Shown: in pieces, positions 38,809 to 47,658 of the stretch
Numbering within the stretch: the stretch's first letter is position 1
Layout of the letters: the number at the start of each line of letters is the position of its first letter
Source of the DNA: Nanobdellota archaeon
GTDB lineage: Archaea > Nanobdellota > Nanobdellia > PEZQ01
Direction: 5' to 3'
NCBI GenBank assembly: GCA_018220985.1
Contig: JAAOXS010000021.1
Location: forward strand, 24,274-88,273
Length of the DNA: 64,000 nucleotides
The notes under the pieces: generated by a model
What the model was told of the DNA's origin: nothing
The model's database searches: none
What the model saw: the letters and a program-made list of their open reading frames with translations, nothing else
Made by a program: the position numbers and the translations under genes

Positions 38809-39291
38809 TCATCTCGCAACACAAAACTGGCTACCAACAACATTTCCAGGCAAACTAATCCTTAAAGTATATTCCTCTCCAAGAACAAGGTCAGTTGTAA
38901 CATTAAAATTAACACTTAAAAAAGTATCAACATTAAAATCACCACTCATAACATTCTTGTTCTCAACAAATTCTAAATCACTACCCTCAGAATCAACAAG
39001 AACTAAACTAACAGGACCATCATGAATATTTCCCTGACCTGTGTTTTCAATAATTAATTCAATCTCATTATGACCATAAACACCGCCAGTTTCTGTTGCA
39101 TTACACTTTTTATACTTGAAATCAAACATTAACTGAGTAGCACCCGTAACTCCACCCGCAGTGTCTTCAACTTGCCGTTGAATAGTTGCTTGAAGAGAAT
39201 TCATCCACATGTATGCTGCGCCAGCAGCGGCAACAGTCATCATTAATAATAACACAGTTGCAATTATTGGAGTAACACCCTTACAATTCAT
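38809..39291 (-). CDS. archaeal type IV pilin-like protein (class III signal peptide)
   Basis: MNCKGVTPIIATVLLLMMTVAAAGAAY matches the archaeal pilin N-terminal pattern (K/R)G(V/I)(S/T)P(V/I)IATVLL. Confidence 0.65.
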   Translation of the reverse strand: MNCKGVTPIIATVLLLMMTVAAAGAAYMWMNSLQATIQRQVEDTAGGVTGATQLMFDFKYKKCNATETGGVYGHNEIELIIENTGQGNIHDGPVSLVLVDSEGSDLEFVENKNVMSGDFNVDTFLSVNFNVTTDLVLGEEYTLRISLPGNVVGSQFCVAR

Positions 39292-39293
39292 TT

Positions 39294-39836
39294 TTAGTAA
39301 CCCGCTAAACCTGCGAAAAAGCTAATGACGCCAGATACAATTGTTGAAATAAAACTTCTAACTACTGCAGCAACACCCTTCTCTTTTTCAATAGTGAACT
39401 CTAACGGAGTGAACTTTTTTATAAGCGACACGCCTGTTTCAGCCTTAATTGACTTAGGAACTATTACAACACTCGCGTTATTGAAAAGACTAATCAACTC
39501 TTCCTGTTCAATATCATCTTTCATCACAGCATCATAAATTTTATTGAAATTAATTGAATCAATCTTAACCAACACATCCGAATTACGATTATCATTAACT
39601 CTAACAGAGAAATCCTGCATAATCGTAACTTGCACAGACGCATTATTATCAATAATTAATAACTCACCAGTAAAAGGCAGTAAAGGCTTAACCATGCCAT
39701 CAAACTCGGTTGTAATATTCAAAGTGTTAATTTTAACAGCAGCGGCATCAGCCGTTTCCAATAAAGTTTCACTAGTAATGGCGAGTGCGGGCATTAAAAC
39801 AATCAAAGCGCTTAATAATACAATTCCCCATTTCAT
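39294..39836 (-). CDS. secreted protein with C-terminal membrane anchor
   Basis: Has the signal peptide MKWGIVLLSALIVLMPALA and a C-terminal hydrophobic segment ISTIVSGVISFFAGLAGY. It lies 2 nt upstream of the pilin gene. Confidence 0.5.
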   Translation of the reverse strand: MKWGIVLLSALIVLMPALAITSETLLETADAAAVKINTLNITTEFDGMVKPLLPFTGELLIIDNNASVQVTIMQDFSVRVNDNRNSDVLVKIDSINFNKIYDAVMKDDIEQEELISLFNNASVVIVPKSIKAETGVSLIKKFTPLEFTIEKEKGVAAVVRSFISTIVSGVISFFAGLAGY

Positions 39837-39893
39837 AACAACTAATTAAACCTTATAACTTAAAAAACGTTGTCAAATTCTTTAAAAAAAATT

Positions 39894-39955
39894 GTGTGTC
39901 AGAAGTTACCCTGCAAATCATCCTCGCGTCATGCTGGGATGGCCTCATCATCCAC
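39894..39955 (-). ncRNA. candidate C/D-box sRNA
   Basis: Minus-strand read: GTGG-ATGATGA(C)-12 nt-ATGA(D')-CGCG-AGGATGA(C')-15 nt-CTGA(D)-CACAC. Terminal GTG/CAC can pair. It is a GC-enriched island in a 182-bp intergenic region. Confidence 0.45.
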
Positions 39956-40060
39956 AATAATAAAAACTGGAAAAGTAACTTATAAACGTATTGGGTTAAA
40001 CTAAGAACGAAAACAAGCTTGAATAATTATTTAATTAAGAAAAGACTAATTAATAATTTA

Positions 40061-40666
40061 ATGAGAACCATCACTAAAATATTCATATTCTCAGATATCC
40101 TGCTTTTATCATCAGCAGGACTTATCGGACCTATTTTTGCAATATTCATAGACGACCACTTGATTGGAGGAGGAGCACTAGCCGCTGGAATGGCGATGAT
40201 GGTATTCTTACTAGTGTCGGGCGTTGGCGACCTGATAATGGGAAGATACATTGACAAAATAGAAAACCCGAAACTCTTCCTAATAATCGGCTCACTAATA
40301 ATAGCAATAGTACCAATAGCATTCATATTCATAACAAACGTGAATCAATTGTACGCATTGGAAGCAGTAGCGGGAATAGGCGCCGCGCTTTCATACCCAA
40401 TATGGTATATGATGTTCTCAAACAACCTAGACCAAAAACATGACGGGTACGCTTGGTCAATATACGAGTTTTGCACGAGAATAAGCATGGCAATTACAGC
40501 TTTTTTAGGAGGATGGGTAGCACAAAACTTTGGATTTAAAGAAACATTCATTATAGTTGGGGTTTTGGGAATAATGGGTGCGGTAACACTAATATTCATT
40601 AAAATACCTGAAAAAAAGAATAAGCGAAAAATAAAACGCAAAAAAATACGACTCACCAAATATTAA
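40061..40666 (+). CDS. six-TM half-size MFS-like membrane protein
   Basis: Six hydrophobic segments and a basic C-terminal tail. The motif GRYIDKIENPK resembles the MFS loop. The track start at 40019 is TTG; the first ATG is at 40061. Confidence 0.5.
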   Translation: MRTITKIFIFSDILLLSSAGLIGPIFAIFIDDHLIGGGALAAGMAMMVFLLVSGVGDLIMGRYIDKIENPKLFLIIGSLIIAIVPIAFIFITNVNQLYALEAVAGIGAALSYPIWYMMFSNNLDQKHDGYAWSIYEFCTRISMAITAFLGGWVAQNFGFKETFIIVGVLGIMGAVTLIFIKIPEKKNKRKIKRKKIRLTKY

Positions 40667-40693
40667 AATACGAATACTACATAATATATTTTT

Positions 40694-41827
40694 ATGAATA
40701 CAGCTTACTACTCAGCATGGATACCACGATCCTACATGCACTTACAAAGAGTGTACGCATACCTAAAAAAACAAGACACTCTTGACATAACAAAAATAAA
40801 CCACGACTTTCAAAAAAACCAATTCACATGCAACATAAACTACTTAGGAAAAAACGTAAAACTATTATTTGACGCGGATGGCGTATTCATATTTGAAACA
40901 CAACTCAAAAATGATGAAATAGAAAACTCAGAATACTTAACAACATTTTTTTACACACTATTCAAAAAAATTCTCAGCATAGCAATGCCCGTAATAAAAA
41001 ACCAAATAGAGCAAGGACTCATGCCACTACAACAACAATTATTCATTCAAACAAAACAAAAAATAACGCTAAAATACGGCTTTGAAACAAAAAAAATAGG
41101 CAAACACACAATGATAACAAACAGAATAACCAACCAAGAAAAAACAGTAACAACATACTTTAATTCAACAAAAAAATTAAACGAAAAATTCCTAATACAA
41201 TACTTTTTCATAAAATCCTACGAACACGCACTAATAGACTTAACAGAAAAAATGGTAAAACTGTTTAGTAAAACAGGCGAGATGAACAAAAAACTTGAAG
41301 CAGAACACATGGATGTGGAAACATTAAAAGAAATCACAACATACTTAGCAGACAAATCAAAAGACGTATCACTAATGCATTCAAGAATAGAACACATGAA
41401 AACAAATTACAATAGAAAACTAGAACTATGGAAACACTACAAACCACAAAAACTGGAAAAAACGCTAAGCGAACAAACAGCCATTGACGAAAGATACGAA
41501 AACGCTTTTTATGATAATGAATACGTAAAACACTTATGGTCACTGCTCGGAGAATTCATGGACCGTTCACTGGAAATACTGCAAATCACAACAAGCAACC
41601 AAGAAGTAGTAGAATCAAACAAACTGCAAGCACTAGTAAGCGCGGAAGCAGCTCAAATCATAGCAACAAGCCTACTATCAATAGTGGTAGCAGAAGGAAT
41701 AAACATATCACCAAAATATCAAGCAGCAGGAACAATAATTATATGGGTAATACTATTCCTAATAATCTCAGGATTCTTCAAAATATTCACGTCACGAAAA
41801 AAAGTTAAAACACTACTAAGCAAATAG
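40694..41827 (+). CDS. hypothetical protein with large soluble domain and two C-terminal TM helices
   Basis: The topology resembles CorA, but there is no GMN motif. Confidence 0.5.
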   Translation: MNTAYYSAWIPRSYMHLQRVYAYLKKQDTLDITKINHDFQKNQFTCNINYLGKNVKLLFDADGVFIFETQLKNDEIENSEYLTTFFYTLFKKILSIAMPVIKNQIEQGLMPLQQQLFIQTKQKITLKYGFETKKIGKHTMITNRITNQEKTVTTYFNSTKKLNEKFLIQYFFIKSYEHALIDLTEKMVKLFSKTGEMNKKLEAEHMDVETLKEITTYLADKSKDVSLMHSRIEHMKTNYNRKLELWKHYKPQKLEKTLSEQTAIDERYENAFYDNEYVKHLWSLLGEFMDRSLEILQITTSNQEVVESNKLQALVSAEAAQIIATSLLSIVVAEGINISPKYQAAGTIIIWVILFLIISGFFKIFTSRKKVKTLLSK

Positions 41828-41880
41828 TGGACACCACCCCACAACTAACCTTATATTAACCAACCCTTTTCTAAAAAAAT

Positions 41881-42888
41881 ATGAACGAAGAAGACATGCT
41901 TGAAGAATTTGATGAAACTGATGAAACACCAAAAAAACACGGCGACGACATCACAATAGAAGACTTACCCGGAGTAGGCCCGAAAACAGCTGAAAAACTA
42001 GTTGACGCAGGATTCAACGACTTAATGAGCATAGCAGTAACACCCGTCGGCGACTTAATGGCAGCAGCAGACCTTACAGATTCCGCTGGAAGAAAAATCA
42101 TAAACGCAGCGCGAAAACTATTAGAAATGAACTTTATGAGCGCTGAAGAAATGAAAGAAAAACGAAAAAGCGTAGGATTCATAACCACAAGCAGTGAAAA
42201 CTTTGACAACTTACTAGGCGGAAAAGGAGTTGAAACACAGGCGCTAACAGAATGCTACGGAAAATTCGCAAGCGGAAAAAGCCAAGTAGGATTCCAACTA
42301 GCAGTAAACGCGCAACTACCAATAAAAAAAGGCGGGCTTGACGCTGACGTAGTATTCATAGACACTGAAGGAACATTCAGACCTGAAAGAATAGAACAAA
42401 TCGCTGAAGCAGCAGGAATAGACCCTGAAAAAGCGTTAAAAAGAATACACATCGCCCGCGCGTTCTCAAGCGACCATCAAATGCTACTCGCAGAAAAAGT
42501 ACCTGAACTAATAGAACAAGAAGGTAAAAACGTAAAACTCGTAATAGTTGACAGCTTAATGGGATTGTTTAGAAGCGAATTCATAGGCAGGGGAACCCTC
42601 GCAACAAGACAGCAAAAGCTTAACAAACACTTACACACACTTCAAAGACTAGCAGACAGGTTTCAACTCGCAATATACATAACAAACCAAGTCATGGCCA
42701 GACCAGACATATTCTTCGGCGACCCTACAACTGCAGTTGGCGGACACGTGCTCGCACATGCTGCAACGTTCAGAGTTTACTTACGAAAAAGCAAAGGAAC
42801 CAAAAGAATAGCACGGTTAGTTGATTCACCATCACTACCTGAATCAGAAGCTGTATTCACAGTAGATACTTGCGGCGTAAGAGACTAA
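41881..42888 (+). CDS. radA: DNA repair and recombination protein RadA
   Basis: Has the HhH segment LPGVGPKTAEKLVDAGF, Walker A GKFASGKSQ, VVFIDTEGTFRPERI and Walker B LVIVDS. Confidence 0.9.
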   Translation: MNEEDMLEEFDETDETPKKHGDDITIEDLPGVGPKTAEKLVDAGFNDLMSIAVTPVGDLMAAADLTDSAGRKIINAARKLLEMNFMSAEEMKEKRKSVGFITTSSENFDNLLGGKGVETQALTECYGKFASGKSQVGFQLAVNAQLPIKKGGLDADVVFIDTEGTFRPERIEQIAEAAGIDPEKALKRIHIARAFSSDHQMLLAEKVPELIEQEGKNVKLVIVDSLMGLFRSEFIGRGTLATRQQKLNKHLHTLQRLADRFQLAIYITNQVMARPDIFFGDPTTAVGGHVLAHAATFRVYLRKSKGTKRIARLVDSPSLPESEAVFTVDTCGVRD

Positions 42889-42897
42889 AAAAAAATT

Positions 42898-43695
42898 ATG
42901 ATAAAAGAAATCAACGTTAAAGGAGTGATAACTAAAAGCAACTTACCAGATGCTGATTACGTTATAAACCCATACATTGGTTGCGCACATGGTTGTATAT
43001 ACTGTTATGCAGAATTTATGAAACGATTTACTAATCATAAAGAAGAATGGGGTTGTTTTGTGGATGTTAAAATGAACGCTTTAAAAAAATTAGGTAACAT
43101 TAACAAATTAAGAAATAAGAAAATACTGTTTAGCTCAGTGACAGACCCTTACCAATCCGTAGAAGCAAAATATGAATTAACTAGAAACATATTAAAAAAG
43201 TTAATTTGTGTACAACCAGAAATTGGAATTCTAACAAAATCACAACTCGTAACAAGAGACATTGACGTATTCAAAAAATTTGAGAAAATAGAAGTTGGAA
43301 TCTCAATATCAACACTAAAATATTACAAACAACTTGAACCCTTAGCTTCACAGCCAGAACATAGGATTAAAGCACTAAAAAAAATAAGCCAAGCAGGCAT
43401 ACGAACCTACGTGTTTATTTCACCAATACTTCCAAGCATTACTGATTATAAGAGAATAATGAAAAAAACCAAATTCGCTGATTACTTCATGTTTGAAAAC
43501 ATTAATGTACAACCAAATAATAAAAACAAAATTTTAGAATTCGTAAAAAAAACAAAACCTGATGCGTTAAAATACTACGAAAAAGAATATGATTGGAAAA
43601 AATTAGAAAAAGAAATTACGGAAAATTATAATAATGCGAAAACATACTTTCACCACGACAGTTTTAAGAAGCGTCAGGCACAATCCATCGAATAA
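42898..43695 (+). CDS. radical SAM protein (SplB/COG1533 DNA-repair-photolyase-like)
   Basis: The CxxxCxxC motif is INPYIGCAHGCIYCYAEF. Size and layout resemble the SPL-related family. Confidence 0.7.
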   Translation: MIKEINVKGVITKSNLPDADYVINPYIGCAHGCIYCYAEFMKRFTNHKEEWGCFVDVKMNALKKLGNINKLRNKKILFSSVTDPYQSVEAKYELTRNILKKLICVQPEIGILTKSQLVTRDIDVFKKFEKIEVGISISTLKYYKQLEPLASQPEHRIKALKKISQAGIRTYVFISPILPSITDYKRIMKKTKFADYFMFENINVQPNNKNKILEFVKKTKPDALKYYEKEYDWKKLEKEITENYNNAKTYFHHDSFKKRQAQSIE

Positions 43696-44197
43696 TCGCG
43701 CAAGCCCCGAAAAAAATCAAAAAAATCAACGAACTCGCAAGAACAGTAACAAAATCCAACGGGATATCAGAATAAATAATAGCCAAATTCAAATAAGCAA
43801 GAATGTTCACAGTCGCAGGACTTGAAATAATAAACGCCAACTTAGAAGGAATCTTATGAAAAAAATCGAACACTGCGAGCAACAAACCATAACTAACAAC
43901 AAAAACCACAACCAAAGTCTTCAAAAACACGCCACTAAACAAACTACCAACACCAAAATTATCAATCAAAAAACGAACAGAATCCACTCCAACAAAAAAC
44001 AAAACTAACGAATTACTAAGCGCAGTATTCCAACCAATTTTCTCATTCTTATACCTGCCAAAATAAATTTGCAATAAAAGAGTTGAAACAAGCAAAGGTA
44101 AAGTCATCCAAATCATATCCGGATGCGAAAAAGGAGCTTGCAACAACTCCATAAACCGGGGAGTAAGCTCAAACTGAATAAAACTCTCCAAAACCAT
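43664..44197 (-). CDS. hypothetical integral membrane protein (177 aa)
   Basis: About five hydrophobic segments. Its 3' end overlaps the radical SAM gene convergently. Confidence 0.45.
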   Translation of the reverse strand: MVLESFIQFELTPRFMELLQAPFSHPDMIWMTLPLLVSTLLLQIYFGRYKNEKIGWNTALSNSLVLFFVGVDSVRFLIDNFGVGSLFSGVFLKTLVVVFVVSYGLLLAVFDFFHKIPSKLAFIISSPATVNILAYLNLAIIYSDIPLDFVTVLASSLIFLIFFGACAIIRWIVPDAS

Positions 44198-44283
44198 AAA
44201 ACAAATAGTGTAATTAAGACTTAATAAAAATTATTCAAAAACGTGCAGAAATATTTATAAAACACGCATTCATCAAAATTTTG

Positions 44284-45270
44284 ATGAAATCATTTGAAAA
44301 CAAAACAATTCTAATCACAGGCGGGACAGGAACAATAGGGCAAGCAGTCACGCGATACTTGTTGAACGAAAACGTGAAAAAAATTAAGATAATCAGCAGA
44401 AACGAGTTCAAACAACACGAGACAAAAATTAAATTTAACAATTCAAAAATAGAATTCATAATTTGTGATGTTAGAGACTACACTGCGCTGAACAGTGTAA
44501 TGCAAGACGTTAACATAGTATTCCACACAGCAGCAATGAAAAGAATAGAAATATGCGAAAAAAACACGCAAGAAGCAATAAAAACAAACATTGTTGGCAC
44601 TATGAACGTGATAAACGCTGCAGGAAACAACAATGTAGAAACAGTTGTTAACATGAGCACTGACAAAGCAGTTAAACCAGACTTTGTTTACGGAACAACA
44701 AAAAACATGGCTGAAAAACTAATAGTGAACGCGAACAAAAAATTTAAAACAAAATTCGTAAACATACGCTCATCAAACGTGACTTGGAGCACTGGAAACG
44801 TTTTTCACATATTCTACGAAAAACTAATGAACAATGAAGAAATAACTGTTTTCGGAGAAAACATGATAAGACTATTCGTAAACCCTGAAGACATAGCAAA
44901 ACAATTCCACTACGCTTACTCAAAGGGGCAAGGTGGAGAAACATTTGTAATACTAACAAATTCAATACGAATAAGTGAACTCGCAAAAGCAATGCAAGAA
45001 ATAATTGGAAAAGGAAAAATAACTTTGAAAGACCACTTAAGACCTGGAGAAAGATTTGAAGAAATACTAATATACGCAGAAGAAGTTGAAAGAGCATTTA
45101 AAACAGGAAATTACGTGGTAATAATGCCAAAAGAAGAAAAAGAACTAATGCAAAAATACGCGGAAAACGAAAAATTTAACATGGAATACTACAGCACGCA
45201 TAACTCTCCAGAATTAAGCATTGAAGAAATAAAAAAATACATAACACTAACCGAATTCTCAAAAATATAA
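44284..45270 (+). CDS. CapD/PseB-like NAD-dependent sugar 4,6-dehydratase/epimerase
   Basis: Contains KTILITGGTGTIGQAV (Rossmann), CDVRD and YGTTK (the YxxxK catalytic motif). The track start at 44281 is TTG; the ATG is at 44284. Confidence 0.7.
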   Translation: MKSFENKTILITGGTGTIGQAVTRYLLNENVKKIKIISRNEFKQHETKIKFNNSKIEFIICDVRDYTALNSVMQDVNIVFHTAAMKRIEICEKNTQEAIKTNIVGTMNVINAAGNNNVETVVNMSTDKAVKPDFVYGTTKNMAEKLIVNANKKFKTKFVNIRSSNVTWSTGNVFHIFYEKLMNNEEITVFGENMIRLFVNPEDIAKQFHYAYSKGQGGETFVILTNSIRISELAKAMQEIIGKGKITLKDHLRPGERFEEILIYAEEVERAFKTGNYVVIMPKEEKELMQKYAENEKFNMEYYSTHNSPELSIEEIKKYITLTEFSKI

Positions 45271-45271
45271 A

Positions 45272-46345
45272 TTATTTCTCAACTACTTTTTGAATAACTT
45301 GATTATACTTCTTACTAACGGACTCCCAACTAAACTCGTCTAAAAACTTGAAAGCCTTACTAACCTTACCACTTTTTTTATCACTTAAAGCGCTAACAAT
45401 ACACTCTTCAAGCCCACTAATGCTTTCAGGTTTGAAAACCCACGCCATACTATTATCTAACAAACCAATATCGCTAACGACCACACGCGTTTTAGAAGAC
45501 ATAGCTTCAAGTAAAGAATAAGGAAAACCCTCACTAACAGATGGTAAAACATAAACACTCGAATCCGCCAAGTGCTTTTTATACTGTTCAGGCTTGTAAA
45601 CGCCTAAAAACTTAGCGTTAACACCTAAACTTTTAGCAAGACTTTCAAGAAAAACTCTCTCAGGACCATCACCTAAAATAACTAACTCATAATTCTTCAA
45701 ACCAACACAAGCCTTAATCAAAGTATCAACACTTTTAACTTTAATCAACCTGCCCGCGAAAAGAATCTTATTCTTACCCAATTTTTTTTTCTTCAAATTA
45801 AACCATGACTTATCAAAACCAAGACCGATAAAAGTTGAAGGCGCCCCATACTTTTTATTCTTAACACTTAACACGTGATCAGCACCAGAATAAATCAAAC
45901 CCTCAACTAATTTGAAACCAGTTTTAACCAAAAAATTGTACTGCGGTTGCTCAGAAGGGGTTCCGAGCATAACTGAAATGAAAGGCTTCCTCTTAATTTT
46001 TGAAAGAATCAAACCAAAAAAACTTGCAATAACGTCCTGACAAATAATCACGTCAAAATTCAATTTTAACGCTTTCAAAAAACTCATAAAATTAAAACTC
46101 GGATTCCTAAAAAAGAAACCTTTAACCCAAGGTACTCTAAAAACAGTTACATTCCTAAATTTTTCAAATTTTTTAGTTGAAGGAAACTTCCGAGTAATAA
46201 CCATAATATTATGCTTTTTCTTAAGAGTATTAACTAACTCTTCAGCATGAACTTCCATACCACCACTACTAAACTTATCAAAATTATTATTAATCCCTAA
46301 AGGAAACTCCTTAGAACCTAAAATCAGAACATTAACCATTTTCAA
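45272..46345 (-). CDS. glycosyltransferase family 4 (GT-B)
   Basis: The EX7E-type motif is PSVSEGFPYSLLEAMSS, preceded by ILFAGRLIKVKSVDTLI. Confidence 0.7.
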   Translation of the reverse strand: MKMVNVLILGSKEFPLGINNNFDKFSSGGMEVHAEELVNTLKKKHNIMVITRKFPSTKKFEKFRNVTVFRVPWVKGFFFRNPSFNFMSFLKALKLNFDVIICQDVIASFFGLILSKIKRKPFISVMLGTPSEQPQYNFLVKTGFKLVEGLIYSGADHVLSVKNKKYGAPSTFIGLGFDKSWFNLKKKKLGKNKILFAGRLIKVKSVDTLIKACVGLKNYELVILGDGPERVFLESLAKSLGVNAKFLGVYKPEQYKKHLADSSVYVLPSVSEGFPYSLLEAMSSKTRVVVSDIGLLDNSMAWVFKPESISGLEECIVSALSDKKSGKVSKAFKFLDEFSWESVSKKYNQVIQKVVEK

Positions 46346-47169
46346 ACACCTAACACCAATTTAAAAAACTCGTAAAACACGCCAAAACCAACGCAAAAAG
46401 CATTTAGAAAATAATACGGCAACATTTTAAAACCTGTAAATAAACCAAACTTCCCACTAACCCTGTAAAAACCATAAGGGACACTAAGCAACCAATTCAC
46501 TAAAAATTTAGGAGACTTATGCTTCCAAGCCATCCGCGCATTACCCCAACCATACTGAAACTTTTGCTTAACAAACGAACGAAAATTAGTACGATGCCTG
46601 TGAAACGCTTCAACACTACCCACTCCCAAAGAAAAACCAGCATTAACCAACCTAACGCAAAGATCCTGATCCTCACTTGTCCTATTCATGAAAGAGTCAA
46701 AACCAAAACTTAAAACCTTACTTTTCTCCCACACAGTAACAATAGTACCAATCCTATGCCTACGACCAAAATTATTAAATAAAACTCGAAAATGAACATC
46801 CTCAGCCCACTCTAAATAATTATGATTCTTAGGAGAAACTATTTGAGCATGAATACTAACCCAACTATTTTCACGCATTTCACGAATCAAACTTTTATAA
46901 CAATTTTTTGGAACAACAGTATCCGCATCAGTGTAAGAAATCAAAGACTCTTTAGCTTTTTTAGCGCCTAATTGACGAGCATAAGACAAACCTTTACCTT
47001 TATCAGAGTAAACACTATCAACATACTTCCTCGCGATTTTAAGAGTATTATCTGAAGATTTACCATGAATAAGGATTATTTCAGAAGGATTATTATTCCT
47101 AACACTTTCCAAACACTCTTTAATTGTTGATTCACTGTTCTTAGCACAAACAATAACTGACAATTTCAT
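46342..47169 (-). CDS. glycosyltransferase family 2
   Basis: Contains MKLSVIVCAKNSE and a DxD (YTDADTVV). The C-terminus is membrane-associated. The track start at 47175 is GTG; the ATG is at 47169. Confidence 0.7.
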   Translation of the reverse strand: MKLSVIVCAKNSESTIKECLESVRNNNPSEIILIHGKSSDNTLKIARKYVDSVYSDKGKGLSYARQLGAKKAKESLISYTDADTVVPKNCYKSLIREMRENSWVSIHAQIVSPKNHNYLEWAEDVHFRVLFNNFGRRHRIGTIVTVWEKSKVLSFGFDSFMNRTSEDQDLCVRLVNAGFSLGVGSVEAFHRHRTNFRSFVKQKFQYGWGNARMAWKHKSPKFLVNWLLSVPYGFYRVSGKFGLFTGFKMLPYYFLNAFCVGFGVFYEFFKLVLGV

Positions 47170-47271
47170 GAACACAATGACTTAAAAACCATTTTTAAAC
47201 TTTGTTAACAAACAATACATTGCCATAAAACTTAATACATTAAAAAAACATGATAATAAACAGGTGCACGC

Positions 47272-47574
47272 ATGGTAGAAAAGAAAAAACCTGCACGAAC
47301 AACTTCTAAAAAGAAAAAGCCAGAGCAAGTAGGAGTGATAACTCACTACTTCAACAACATCAATGTAGCAGTACTAAAATTGAACAAAACACTTAACCAG
47401 GGGGATAAAATTCGCATACAGTCCGACACACCCAATGGATTGACAAATTTTAAACAAACCATAAAATCAATGCAACACAACCACAAACCACTAAAAAGAG
47501 CGATTAAAGGCAAAGAAATCGGCTTAAAAGTTCGTGACAGAGTACGAGCAAATGATTTGGTTTATAAATTATAA
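47272..47574 (+). CDS. small EF-Tu-domain-2-like beta-barrel protein
   Basis: The pattern VGVITHYFNNINVAVLKLNKTLNQGDKIRI...IKSMQHNHKPLKRAIKGKEIGLKV..RVRANDLVY resembles translation-factor domain II. A basic N-terminal tail is present, and SD AGGTG lies upstream. Confidence 0.45.
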   Translation: MVEKKKPARTTSKKKKPEQVGVITHYFNNINVAVLKLNKTLNQGDKIRIQSDTPNGLTNFKQTIKSMQHNHKPLKRAIKGKEIGLKVRDRVRANDLVYKL

Positions 47575-47658
47575 ACAAATTATAAACCAACACCAACTCA
47601 ATTTTTTTTATTTTTTTATTAAATACGCTTATAAATTTATTAATAGTATAAATAAAGT

